Source: a virus
Reading direction: 5' to 3' (one strand)
DNA: 64,000 nucleotides
IMG/VR virus record: IMGVR_UViG_3300028786_000006
Span: 64,001-128,000 of that record
The stretch's first letter is position 1. Each line of letters opens with the position of its first letter. Below are positions 29,225 to 38,854 of the stretch, piece after piece. The notes under the pieces were generated by a model. That model made no database searches. It had not been told where the DNA came from and worked only from the letters and a program-made list of their open reading frames with translations. Position numbers and translations under genes: made by a program.

Positions 29225-29676
29225 AACAGCTCGCCCCGTTTGACCCGGCCCGCCTCAAAGGCGTCCCGGAACAGATCGTCTCAATGATCAAACTGACTGA
29301 GGCCGGCACTTCGGCCTTCGTTATCGGCTGGAACGGTGAAGTGATCGGCTGGGCGAACTCTTACACCGAAGCCTTGCGGTTGCTTGTCAGTGCCAAATCC
29401 ACTACCCTGGTCGCCGACATCAACCGGCTATGCATCGAAACAGTCACCGCGATGGAGCACAAGCTCCTGGTGTCGGAGTTGAAGCGTAACTTTCAGGGCT
29501 CGTGGGCAAGCCCTGACTGGCAAGAAACGTTCAATGAACACTTCATTGAGCATGTCAAGAAGGGCGACCCAATTGACGTCATCATCTACGGCGCCTTCGC
29601 GGCATACCACGGCTGGTCTCTTGAACAGACTATCCCTGAACCGGTGTGCCTGCCCTCCCCAACCCAGGTCATTTGA
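29221..29676 (+). CDS. Hypothetical protein
   Basis: Coupled ORF; HVKKGDPIDV motif seen in phage proteins. Confidence 0.6.
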   Translation: MKQLAPFDPARLKGVPEQIVSMIKLTEAGTSAFVIGWNGEVIGWANSYTEALRLLVSAKSTTLVADINRLCIETVTAMEHKLLVSELKRNFQGSWASPDWQETFNEHFIEHVKKGDPIDVIIYGAFAAYHGWSLEQTIPEPVCLPSPTQVI

Positions 29677-31350
29677 ATGCTCCAGTACGTCGAAATTCCA
29701 ACGGACGAGGAGATCGCTAACGCGGTCAACATGTTGTTCCCGTTCGCTGTGGCCAACCCAGGCCAAAAGGAAGCTATCTTCCTGGCCTGCCAGGCTATCT
29801 TTCAGGGGATCCCTCACGTAATCATTGAGGCCCCCACCGGCACCGGCAAGTCCGTGATCGCTACCACGATCCACAACGTCATCCACGCCTTCGACCCCAA
29901 GTTCCGTACCAGCATCTCCACTGCCACCAAAAACCTGCAGATGCAGTACCAGCACACCCCGAAGGCTGACATCTACGACCTGATGGGTAAGACGAACTAT
30001 TCCTGTCCGATCGGTTGCGGCCCGTACAATTCACCAAAGTGCCGTAGCACCGTCGGGCAGAAGAAGTGTATCCCGAAGAACGCCTGTCCGTACATCACGC
30101 GCCGGTTGCGTTGGACCATGTCAGCCCAGCTGCGGTCGACCAACAACAGCTTCATGATAGAGGCTTGTACAGAGATCATCTGCACCGATGACACCCGCAG
30201 CGACCTGACCGTCCTGGACGAGTGCCACAAGCTGGAAGATCACCTTCTCGACCACACCACGGTCAAGATCACCGAGGCCGAGATGTATTCGATCTCGAAC
30301 ATGTTCGCCGACCTTGAGATCCTTCAAAAGACGCGGGACTACATTGACAGCCTGGCTGAATATGAAGTCGGTACTGTGATCAAGGTTCAGGGACACTTCC
30401 GCAATACCCTGATGGCTCTGTCGTCGGCCATGTCTGAAGCCCACCAACGCCTCAAGGTAATGGTTGAGCGCGCCAAGGCCAACGGGTCGGACGCCGGCCA
30501 GCTGATTTATGAAGCGATCAGCGAGCTGCAGGGCATTGAAGACAAGGCCAAGCTGTTCACCGACACCGAGTCCTCCTGTGTGATCCTGCAAGAGCGCGAA
30601 GTCAACGGCCAGGGCGTTACCATCAAGCCAGTGTTCGCTGCTGACGTGAGCGAGTTCGGGATGTTCCGGAAGGGCGACTACCACGTCCACATGTCTGCGA
30701 CTATCTGTGGCACCAAGGAGTATGCCCGTTCGTTGGGTATCGCCGAGGGCGACTACAAAGAGATTCAGATCGACAATCCGATCCCGCTGGAAAACCGCCC
30801 GGTACACGTGGTTCCTGTGGTCAAAATGACCGGCGGCCAGGATGACTTCAAGATCGCTGAATTGGTCAAGCACATTGACAACATCATCGACTCGCACGCC
30901 GGGCAAAACGGTATCGTCCACACCGTCAGCTACAAGCTCGCCGAGGCCATCTACGCCAAGTCGCGCCACAAGAAGAACATGTTGGTCAGCGGTAAGGTCA
31001 AGGACATCATGGAGGCCCTGGTTACCAACAAGGGGCGCGTGATCCTTTCGCCGTCAATTGAAGAGGGCGTCGACCTCAAGGGTGACTTGAGCCGATTTCA
31101 GATTCTGGCCAAGGTGCCGTATGGCTATTTGGGCGACCCACTTGTCAAGCTGCGCAGCGAGCGGTATCCTTCCAGCTATGCTCGGACAGCCATCTTGAGG
31201 ATTGTCCAGGCCTGTGGCCGTTCGGTACGGGGTATTGATGACTCGGCCGACACTTATATTCTTGACTCATCTTTTGAACAACTGCTGACCCGGAACTCTG
31301 ACTTGTTCCCAGTGTGGTTCAAAGAAGCACTACATTTCCATGAAGTGTAA
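29677..31350 (+). CDS. DinG/XPD-family SF2 helicase
   Basis: EAPTGTGKS, Cys cluster, DECH, MSAT, EGVDL and QACGRSVR motifs. Confidence 0.9.
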   Translation: MLQYVEIPTDEEIANAVNMLFPFAVANPGQKEAIFLACQAIFQGIPHVIIEAPTGTGKSVIATTIHNVIHAFDPKFRTSISTATKNLQMQYQHTPKADIYDLMGKTNYSCPIGCGPYNSPKCRSTVGQKKCIPKNACPYITRRLRWTMSAQLRSTNNSFMIEACTEIICTDDTRSDLTVLDECHKLEDHLLDHTTVKITEAEMYSISNMFADLEILQKTRDYIDSLAEYEVGTVIKVQGHFRNTLMALSSAMSEAHQRLKVMVERAKANGSDAGQLIYEAISELQGIEDKAKLFTDTESSCVILQEREVNGQGVTIKPVFAADVSEFGMFRKGDYHVHMSATICGTKEYARSLGIAEGDYKEIQIDNPIPLENRPVHVVPVVKMTGGQDDFKIAELVKHIDNIIDSHAGQNGIVHTVSYKLAEAIYAKSRHKKNMLVSGKVKDIMEALVTNKGRVILSPSIEEGVDLKGDLSRFQILAKVPYGYLGDPLVKLRSERYPSSYARTAILRIVQACGRSVRGIDDSADTYILDSSFEQLLTRNSDLFPVWFKEALHFHEV

Positions 31351-31359
31351 AGGAAACGC

Positions 31360-32691
31360 ATGAACTTCAAAGACTTCGCAGCCAAAGACCTCAAAGAGTT
31401 CTCGATCTATGCCAACGTGCGGACGATCCCCTCGATGGTGGACGGCCTGAAAGTCCCCCAACGGAAGGCGCTGTTTGGCGCCCTCCACCACGGTGGACAG
31501 ACCACGGTTGCCCGTATGGCCAACCACGCCGCTGAAGTGACGTCGTATACCCACGGCGAAGAGAACATGGGCGACACCCTGGTGATCATGGGTCAGGACT
31601 TCCCTGGGTCCAACAACATGCCACTGATCCAGCGCAAGGGTCAGTATGGCACGATCCTGGACCGCAAGGCTTCGGCCGCCCGGTATATCAAGGCCAGCGT
31701 TCACCGCGAAAACTTCGATCTTCTGTTCTCCAAGGACGACACCCCGATACTGCAAATGCTGTTTCAGGAGGAGCAGTACGTGGAGCCGGTGCATTACCTG
31801 CCCTGCCTGCCCCTGGCGTTGATCAACGGTGCTGACGGGATTGGGGTAGGCTATGCCACCTCGGTCTTCCAGCACTCTGTCAAGGACGTTCGAAGGGCTG
31901 TCAAGGAGGTGATGGAGCACGGCGCGGTTGTAACGAAGCTGGTCCCACACTTCAACGGCTACAAGGGTACTGTCAAGCGCCTTGAGAACGACCAGATCGA
32001 AATTCGTGGGGTCATTACGATCATTGACCGTACGACCCTGCGCATTTCTGAGGTCCCACCAAAATGGGATCGCAAGAAGTACCGCGACTTCCTCAACGGT
32101 CTGACCAAAAAGGTGTTCGATGCGAACAGCTGCTGGGTCAAGTCGTACGCCAACCACTCATCCGACGAAGCCGGCTGGAACATCACCGTCAAGGTGCCGA
32201 TGGCGGTAACACGGCTGGACGAGGAAGATCTGTTGAAGGCGTTCAATTTAATTGAACGCAACACACAGAACGTGGTCTTCTGGGATACCGTTGGTCAGCT
32301 CAAGGCGTACCAGAACGTCGAAGAGGTTGTTGAAGAGTTCGTCGCCTACCGCCACGAGAAGTATGCGGAGCGCAAGCAAAGTATGCTGGACGCCCTTGAG
32401 GCTGACCGGCTGACGGCTGACCTCAAGATTCGCTTCATCCGCTACTGGAACGAGGCGTCCTCTACGCTGGTCTCTCTCAACAAAGCCGGTATGTTGGACA
32501 ATGTGGTCAATGCCCTGGCTTGCACGCTCGAACAAGCCGAGAAGCTGCTGGAGATGAACATCTACAGCCTGACCAAAGAAAGGCTCGAGTCGCTTGTCAA
32601 GGCCAAGGAAAAACTGTATCATTCCTACCAGGAACTACAGCAAACCACACCCGCCCAGATCTGGGAAGAAGACTTGAAGAAAGTCAAATAA
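31360..32691 (+). CDS. 52: Type II topoisomerase subunit gp52
   Basis: DGLK..QRK, YTHGE, AARYI (catalytic Tyr) and GIGVGYAT motifs. Confidence 0.93.
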   Translation: MNFKDFAAKDLKEFSIYANVRTIPSMVDGLKVPQRKALFGALHHGGQTTVARMANHAAEVTSYTHGEENMGDTLVIMGQDFPGSNNMPLIQRKGQYGTILDRKASAARYIKASVHRENFDLLFSKDDTPILQMLFQEEQYVEPVHYLPCLPLALINGADGIGVGYATSVFQHSVKDVRRAVKEVMEHGAVVTKLVPHFNGYKGTVKRLENDQIEIRGVITIIDRTTLRISEVPPKWDRKKYRDFLNGLTKKVFDANSCWVKSYANHSSDEAGWNITVKVPMAVTRLDEEDLLKAFNLIERNTQNVVFWDTVGQLKAYQNVEEVVEEFVAYRHEKYAERKQSMLDALEADRLTADLKIRFIRYWNEASSTLVSLNKAGMLDNVVNALACTLEQAEKLLEMNIYSLTKERLESLVKAKEKLYHSYQELQQTTPAQIWEEDLKKVK

Positions 32692-32692
32692 G

Positions 32693-32726
32693 CGGGGGCC
32701 AGGGTTAGCGCCCCGGCCCCTTTTCT
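32693..32726 (+). terminator. Probable intrinsic terminator
   Basis: ggggcc...ggcccc followed by TTTT. Confidence 0.6.
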
Positions 32727-32754
32727 ATGTCCGTAAATCGAAACGGAGTTTTGA

Positions 32755-33339
32755 ATGACCACGTTGACCAGCGCTTTGAAGTCACATAAAGCCCTGGCGA
32801 TGCTTACGAACCGCCGCCCTATCGTGGCAGTTGACGTCGACCTGACTTTTGTCGACACCCTTACGCCGTACTTTGAATGGTTCAAAACGCACGCTGGTTT
32901 CCCAGTCCCTCCGTCTGTATACGAGGGACACTTTGATCTAAACCCGATCTTCGCTGAGTATGGCGTTGATGGGCATGCTTTCTGGATGCAGGCCGACCTG
33001 TATGACAACCTGATCCCCCTACCGGGGGCGACCGGGAAACTCAAGGCCCTGAGCGAACACTGTGATATCGTGTTCGTCAGTACCTGCTACCCTGAGCACA
33101 TTGCGAGCAAACGCCGCCTGTTGGCTAAGTTCTGCGAATTCCCGTTCGATTTCATCGACACGGATGCGAAGTGGGCCGTGGATTATGCCGTCTTGATTGA
33201 CGACAGCCCAACCGTGATGAAGAAAGCCGCCGCCCGCCGGCCAGGCTCGCTCCATCTGTTGTTTGACACCAAGATCAACTGTAAGTTTGATCACACTAAA
33301 CATGACATGCAGCGGCTCCATAGCTGGGCTGAACTGTAA
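32755..33339 (+). CDS. HAD 5'(3')-deoxyribonucleotidase
   Basis: VAVDVDLT, VFVS, K and LIDDSP HAD motifs. Confidence 0.85.
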   Translation: MTTLTSALKSHKALAMLTNRRPIVAVDVDLTFVDTLTPYFEWFKTHAGFPVPPSVYEGHFDLNPIFAEYGVDGHAFWMQADLYDNLIPLPGATGKLKALSEHCDIVFVSTCYPEHIASKRRLLAKFCEFPFDFIDTDAKWAVDYAVLIDDSPTVMKKAAARRPGSLHLLFDTKINCKFDHTKHDMQRLHSWAEL

Positions 33340-33368
33340 CCAATAAACGTAACTGGAGTATTTTGAGT

Positions 33369-33863
33369 ATGGCCACAACCTTGAACTGGTCTCTGTTGAG
33401 CGACGATGAAAAGAGCACTATGTCCATTACGCTGCAGATGGAAACCATCCGTAAGCGCCAGATCGACCATCGTCGACAACAGGCCGAAATCAAGCGCGTT
33501 GGTCGCCGCCAGGTTCGTCATGCCGATAAGGAGGACGCTGTCAGCGAAATGCTGGGTAATTTGAACAACTCAGACATGGCTGGCACCGTGTTCATCAACC
33601 GTTCCGACGTGAACTACATCCCCAAGGGCTTCGAAAAGGAAGACGTGGTGGCTTACATCAACGTCTCGGCAGTAGACAAGCCCGTCCGCGTGTTCCTCTA
33701 CAGTGCAAACTCGACCATTCGGGTCAATGAGGTTGCGGAAGCGCTTCACATGTTTTATACTGGCATGGACAACAGTAAATGCCACGCCCAGCAAGCCGTC
33801 ATGACAGGCGTTGATTTCGCCATGGTCCCACGCTTGCTGGGGGAACTTGAGAAGCTGATCTGA
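33369..33863 (+). CDS. Hypothetical protein
   Basis: GGAG RBS; phage-like codon usage. Confidence 0.6.
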   Translation: MATTLNWSLLSDDEKSTMSITLQMETIRKRQIDHRRQQAEIKRVGRRQVRHADKEDAVSEMLGNLNNSDMAGTVFINRSDVNYIPKGFEKEDVVAYINVSAVDKPVRVFLYSANSTIRVNEVAEALHMFYTGMDNSKCHAQQAVMTGVDFAMVPRLLGELEKLI

Positions 33864-33870
33864 GGCCGTT

Positions 33871-34080
33871 ATGGCGAAATGCATGCTAGAAGAACTGTTT
33901 GACACAGTCGAGCAGCTGCGGGACCGGGTTGCTGACCTTGAGGCTGAGCGCGACGGGCAAGTACCGCCAAGCGTTAAGCGCAAGCGACAGGCCCGGCTCG
34001 ATGAACTGGTCGCCCTGGGGATGACCAAGAAAGAAGCCAAAGGCATGATTCACCGCGAAATTAAAAGGGGAGAACTCTGA
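33871..34080 (+). CDS. Hypothetical protein
   Basis: GAGG RBS; coupled to the next ORF. Confidence 0.55.
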   Translation: MAKCMLEELFDTVEQLRDRVADLEAERDGQVPPSVKRKRQARLDELVALGMTKKEAKGMIHREIKRGEL

Positions 34081-34340
34081 TGGAAATCATTTCAACCAAA
34101 CAGCTGATGGAGAACCTGGGCGAATATGCCAAGTCCTCTACTGGTGCGTCTACCGCAGAGTTCGAACTGGCCATGGCTTGCGCCGGGGCCGGGCAACGGA
34201 TGGAATTCGGTGTTGGCATTCTGATCGACGACCAACAAGCCCCTCTGTTCCTGAGCTCTGATCTGCTGCGTGAGCTGGCCGACCATGTCGACGCTTACGA
34301 GCAGAAGACCAAAACTGATCTCAAGACCAGGGGTAACTGA
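34080..34340 (+). CDS. Hypothetical protein
   Basis: TGATG overlap; GGAG RBS. Confidence 0.55.
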   Translation: MEIISTKQLMENLGEYAKSSTGASTAEFELAMACAGAGQRMEFGVGILIDDQQAPLFLSSDLLRELADHVDAYEQKTKTDLKTRGN

Positions 34341-34341
34341 A

Positions 34342-35325
34342 ATGGGCCTCCCAACGGATCTGAGCCTTATTACGACAAACATGACCCCAGCCAAGCTGGC
34401 CCGTGTTTGTGCCGCCCTTGACCGCGAGAGCCCCCACCGGGCGGACATCAAGTGGAACGAAACCACTGAGCTGGCCGGCTACCTCCATGCCAAATTCACT
34501 CTTCATGGCGAGACGTACACGCTGGACGAAGAGTTTGAAATGGTCAAGAGCATGTACCTGGAACCGTGTCGCCGCCAGCCGGCGGGACCGTTCATGTCGG
34601 TTGTGCGCGGTACGTCAGGCACCGGCAAGGGCACCCGCGTTTGCCAGGTGCTGGAATACCTGAAGACCAAGTTCGAACCAACCACTCTGAACTTCGAGTT
34701 CGAAGGGAAGACCAAGCAGTACGGTATCTGCTTCGAAGACCTCAAACTGATCTTCATCGGCACCACGACCAAGTCCAACAAGTCAGGTCTGTCCAGCTGG
34801 TCGTCTATGGACTACATCCATAGCACCGTGAAGAAGGCAGAAAACGCCCGGCCGATCGCCAAGTCATGGATCGAAAAGGGCTACAGCCTGGTCCTGGAAG
34901 GCGAGCCAATGATGCAGTCGGACAAGTTCCGACCGTTGTTCATGCAACCTTACTTCGGCGTCGCCCGCTTCCTGATGCCTCACTATTGGTACCAGAACCG
35001 TGAACAATATGACGAGCGCATCATGGGGCGGTCGGGTAAACTTGCTGGCGATAGTGGTTGGGGCCGCAACGAGTCGTATAAGCGAGAGTATGAACGCACC
35101 CTGGAAGAGCTTCAGGAGCTGGAGCTGGATGCTACCGGTTGCACACTGCTCCCTCACGACGCGCCCCTGGAGGGCTACGGTGCCTCACTGCTGGCATACC
35201 TTGGGCGTGCTGACCTCATTGACGAATTCGTCCGATGGACAGCTGAGAACCCAATGCTCCGGTCGATAGGCGGCGGCAACCCGCTGGCCACGACCAACAA
35301 CGTCTTCGACATCTTCGGTGCATGA
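34342..35325 (+). CDS. P-loop kinase, probable 5-hmdU DNA kinase
   Basis: VRGTSGTGKGT P-loop, VLEGE and ERIMGRSG motifs; coupled to the amino acid:DNA transferase. Confidence 0.8.
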   Translation: MGLPTDLSLITTNMTPAKLARVCAALDRESPHRADIKWNETTELAGYLHAKFTLHGETYTLDEEFEMVKSMYLEPCRRQPAGPFMSVVRGTSGTGKGTRVCQVLEYLKTKFEPTTLNFEFEGKTKQYGICFEDLKLIFIGTTTKSNKSGLSSWSSMDYIHSTVKKAENARPIAKSWIEKGYSLVLEGEPMMQSDKFRPLFMQPYFGVARFLMPHYWYQNREQYDERIMGRSGKLAGDSGWGRNESYKREYERTLEELQELELDATGCTLLPHDAPLEGYGASLLAYLGRADLIDEFVRWTAENPMLRSIGGGNPLATTNNVFDIFGA

Positions 35326-36550
35326 CATGATAGTTGAAAAGCAGTACAAACACCCGGCCCTGTCGGAGTTCATCTACCCCATCGAAAAGGGCGTGGACTA
35401 CCGGCTGAAAGAAAACCGGGCGCACCTCGCCTTTGCCTGGCAAGAAACCCTCTGCTACACCGAGGAGCACAACCAGCAGCTTCGGTTGATGCTTTGGGCC
35501 ATCGACAACCAGGACATCAGCGCCGTGCGCGCCCTGGAACAGAAGCTGTGGTGTGCGTTCCTGTGGGGTTGCTGCTACAACCTGATCGGCCCGTGGGCCA
35601 TCATGCAAGAGTACCCTGAGCCCCCACGCGGTAAGGACGGCCTGCAGCGATTCGCTGACTGGTACAACAAGAATTTCGACCGGATGCGCTTCGATACCGA
35701 CTGCCGCTACCGCAAGTCGAAAATGATCGCATGCGTGACCAGCTATGTCGAATGGCTGGAGGGTAAGGACCAGTTCGCGGCCTTCGCCCCGATCATTCAG
35801 CTGGGTAACAAGAAAGAGCAGTTCCAGCAACTATGGGACGCTTGTAACAGCTGGAAGTTCTTCGGTCGACTGAGCAACTGGAACACCATCGAGGCGATCG
35901 AGCTCGCCACCGACCACCATTACAAGATCGACATCCCATCGTTCATGTTGACGGACGTCAGTGGTTCTGAGTCCAATCGCAACGGCGCGGCCTTCCTGGC
36001 TGGTCACGACGAGCTTGTCACTAAGCACGGCAAGCGCAAGGACACTGGTGAGACCATCAGCCAGGCGGACTGTGAGAAGCTCGAAGTTTTGGCTGAAATG
36101 TACTTCCAGCAGGCCAAAGCCGACCTGGGCCACCTCAGCTTCATCAACCGTCTGAACGCCGAGACCAGCATCTTCTGTTGGTTCAAGAAGTTCTTCCGTC
36201 TGAAGTCCACCCGTTATGTGGGCTGGGATGGCGAGCGGACTTACGAAGAGCTGCAGTACATGCATCGGGAATGGCCTGAAGCCAACCTGGAGCCTCTGTG
36301 GGAAGCGCGGTATGCCCTGCTCCCAGACTTCCTGCTATGTGAACAGGCGCCCGAGGGCGAGCAGCGCGGCGTGAACAAAGCCAAGATGCCGCTGTTCTAC
36401 GAGACCGGCTTCCCCGAGCACATCTACAAGTTCCAGCGCGGTGAACGTTGGTCGTTCCCCGAAGTAATCACCACCCCGGCCCGCAAACCAGCCCTAAACA
36501 AACCGACTGTCGCGGATACCACCCACAGCCTCAACGACTTCTTCGGATAA
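35318..36550 (+). CDS. Amino acid:DNA transferase (aGPT-Pplase2 family)
   Basis: FDTDCRY.K, FGRLS, DVSGSESNRNG, ETS.FC.FKK and RYVG motifs. Confidence 0.82.
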   Translation: MHDMIVEKQYKHPALSEFIYPIEKGVDYRLKENRAHLAFAWQETLCYTEEHNQQLRLMLWAIDNQDISAVRALEQKLWCAFLWGCCYNLIGPWAIMQEYPEPPRGKDGLQRFADWYNKNFDRMRFDTDCRYRKSKMIACVTSYVEWLEGKDQFAAFAPIIQLGNKKEQFQQLWDACNSWKFFGRLSNWNTIEAIELATDHHYKIDIPSFMLTDVSGSESNRNGAAFLAGHDELVTKHGKRKDTGETISQADCEKLEVLAEMYFQQAKADLGHLSFINRLNAETSIFCWFKKFFRLKSTRYVGWDGERTYEELQYMHREWPEANLEPLWEARYALLPDFLLCEQAPEGEQRGVNKAKMPLFYETGFPEHIYKFQRGERWSFPEVITTPARKPALNKPTVADTTHSLNDFFG

Positions 36551-36553
36551 CCC

Positions 36554-36730
36554 ATGATCTACAAGAAAGACGACCGCCCGGATTGCCCGGCCTGCGGTGA
36601 CCCCCTTGACGAGACCTGCAAAGAGCTTGCCAAGGCCGGCGGTACGCACAACCACTACTGTGGTGCTGTGTACACAGTTCGTAAACTCAACAACGGTCAA
36701 TATGACGTTGCCTATGACGGGAATGCGTAA
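36554..36730 (+). CDS. Small Zn-finger protein (58 aa)
   Basis: MIYKKDDRPDCPACGD...HYCG; stop overlaps the next start. Confidence 0.6.
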   Translation: MIYKKDDRPDCPACGDPLDETCKELAKAGGTHNHYCGAVYTVRKLNNGQYDVAYDGNA

Positions 36731-37293
36731 TGAGCAAGAAGATGAAGGCGCAGCACGCGCTTATCACTGAACACTTTTCGAAGCTGGACGGTGTCCACTA
36801 CCTGCGTCTGACCGATGCGACCCTGGTCGCCAAAATGACCGATGACCAGATCCTGTCGTTCTGTGGGCATCACCTGTCTAAGCAGACAGGGCTGCCGGTG
36901 CGTGGCCTGGCGGTTGCCCCCGGCTTCCACCTGACCGCCAAGAGCATGATGTACTTCAACTTCAACTTCTTCAACACCGACGACTCGATCTCGGCAGTTG
37001 AGCTGCGCGGTAAGCTGCGTTCGAAGTTGGAACCACACCAGGCCGGCCACTACCCCGAGCTGTTCCGCTTCGGCGTGGGTAAGGCTGACTTCTTCTGGGT
37101 GGTGGGTGAAGTTGACCGCAGCACCCAGATCGTGCGCTTCTCGTACGTTGGTCACGTCGACCGCCCGGCAACCTTCTTCCGACGCATCCGGGTCAGCCGC
37201 GAAATGGCTCCTGGGCAGCTGACCAACGTACGCCAGTCGACTCACTACATCGACCCGGAATACAAGAAGCAGTATGTGTCGGAGCTGGCATAA
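36730..37293 (+). CDS. Hypothetical protein within the DNA-modification cluster
   Basis: Coupled on both sides (TAATG). Confidence 0.7.
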   Translation: MSKKMKAQHALITEHFSKLDGVHYLRLTDATLVAKMTDDQILSFCGHHLSKQTGLPVRGLAVAPGFHLTAKSMMYFNFNFFNTDDSISAVELRGKLRSKLEPHQAGHYPELFRFGVGKADFFWVVGEVDRSTQIVRFSYVGHVDRPATFFRRIRVSREMAPGQLTNVRQSTHYIDPEYKKQYVSELA

Positions 37294-38471
37294 TGCAAGG
37301 GCGCCCGGCTGATATTCGTTACAATGGCGTCCGCCCTGACAAGATCGACAACGCCAATCCGAAGCTTAACCAAAAGAACCTGGGCCGGTGCTTGGATTGG
37401 ATCGTCGAGCGCTACAAGATCCACGTGAAGAAAGACGTCCTGGGCCTACCCTCGCCCTGGACGGAAGACCCGGTACTACGGGACCACAAGTTCACGAACG
37501 TCCGGAGAGAGCACGACAGGGAGTCCAAGCACGTCATTCGTGGCATCTGCGAGAACCCATCCCTGTCGATGGAACAGAAGGTCCAAAACCTGATCATGTT
37601 CCGAATGTTCAATGTTTGGTCCACGGTCGAATTGATCGGCGGCCCCTTCACCAACTTCGGGTCGATTGACCTGGACGCGGTGCGGGCAAAGCTGAAGGTG
37701 GTTGATGGTGAGCGAGTGTTCACCAACGCCTTCAACTGCGGTGGCCTGAAGCAATGCCTGGCCTTTCCTGATCTCGATTATGTCAACCATGCGCACCAGC
37801 GCCGGGGTGGCATGATGGTCAAGGTGATGGACCTCCCGAACATGGCTGAGTCGGAAATGGACTACAAGGTAGCCCGTGACCTGGCGCAAGCTGAGCCCGA
37901 TCGGTACTCCATCGAAGGGTGGGAACCGAACATGGCGATGCGGGTGGTTCGTTACCTGAACACCTTCTTCAAGAACAACCCAAACTGGGTGTCTGAGTTC
38001 TTGATGTCGAGCACTCAGAAGGCGGCGTTCCTGAAGCTGAATGAAGTGCGAGGCATCAGCGAGTTCCTGGGTTACCAGATCTTCGTCGACTGCACGTACT
38101 GCCCGGAGTACCCGTTCAGCGAGAACGAGTTCACCATCGCCGGGCCGGGTTGTAAGATGGGCCTGGACTTCATCTTCGATGATCGCGACGGAATGACGTA
38201 CGAGGAGTGCATCTTCTGGCTCCGCGATCATCAGGAAGAGTTGCTCTGGGACTTGAAGAGTGTTCACCACTCCGAGTTCATGGACGACCAATACGTCGAA
38301 GAGCAAACGTTCAGTGTCATGTCGTGGGAAAACGTCATGTGCGAGACGAGCAAGTACATCCGCTGTATGGATGCCCTGGAACGCGGTGACAAGCCTCGCA
38401 CCAGGGTTAAGTTCAACGGCGGCGCAAGCAAAGCACCGTCAACCACCAAATCAGTGCTGGACCTCTTCTGA
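37293..38471 (+). CDS. aGPT-Pplase1-family thymidine hypermodification enzyme
   Basis: WTEDPVLRDHKFTNVRREHDR, FRMFN, FLGYQ..D, GPG and ENVMCE.SKY motifs. Confidence 0.88.
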   Translation: MQGRPADIRYNGVRPDKIDNANPKLNQKNLGRCLDWIVERYKIHVKKDVLGLPSPWTEDPVLRDHKFTNVRREHDRESKHVIRGICENPSLSMEQKVQNLIMFRMFNVWSTVELIGGPFTNFGSIDLDAVRAKLKVVDGERVFTNAFNCGGLKQCLAFPDLDYVNHAHQRRGGMMVKVMDLPNMAESEMDYKVARDLAQAEPDRYSIEGWEPNMAMRVVRYLNTFFKNNPNWVSEFLMSSTQKAAFLKLNEVRGISEFLGYQIFVDCTYCPEYPFSENEFTIAGPGCKMGLDFIFDDRDGMTYEECIFWLRDHQEELLWDLKSVHHSEFMDDQYVEEQTFSVMSWENVMCETSKYIRCMDALERGDKPRTRVKFNGGASKAPSTTKSVLDLF

Positions 38472-38491
38472 GACCAGCTCTAGGAGTTTGA

Positions 38492-38854
38492 ATGATCAAC
38501 CGCCTGAAACGGCTATTCGGGCGCAAGCCCAACCCGTCTCTACAGCTCCAACAGCAACAATCCCGCGCCGGTCGTATACCACCTCCCACACCGGAGTTGG
38601 TCAAATACAACGATGAATTCCCCCTGAGTGCGTTCAATACGCCCAGGCAATCCAGAATCGTTGATACCATCCGTGATGTACCGGCTGAACGCGACCCAAG
38701 CCCGCCTCATGTACCTCGGGTCGCCTACGTTGAACGTGACGTGAGTGCATATGAAGCCCCGGTTCACCACCAAAGCGATAGCCATAGCCGTTGTGGCGGC
38801 GGGGATAGCCCTACGAGTGGCGATAGCGGTTCTCCTTGCGGGGGTACTGACTAA
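38492..38854 (+). CDS. Hypothetical protein (low-complexity C-terminus)
   Basis: AGGAG RBS. Confidence 0.55.
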   Translation: MINRLKRLFGRKPNPSLQLQQQQSRAGRIPPPTPELVKYNDEFPLSAFNTPRQSRIVDTIRDVPAERDPSPPHVPRVAYVERDVSAYEAPVHHQSDSHSRCGGGDSPTSGDSGSPCGGTD

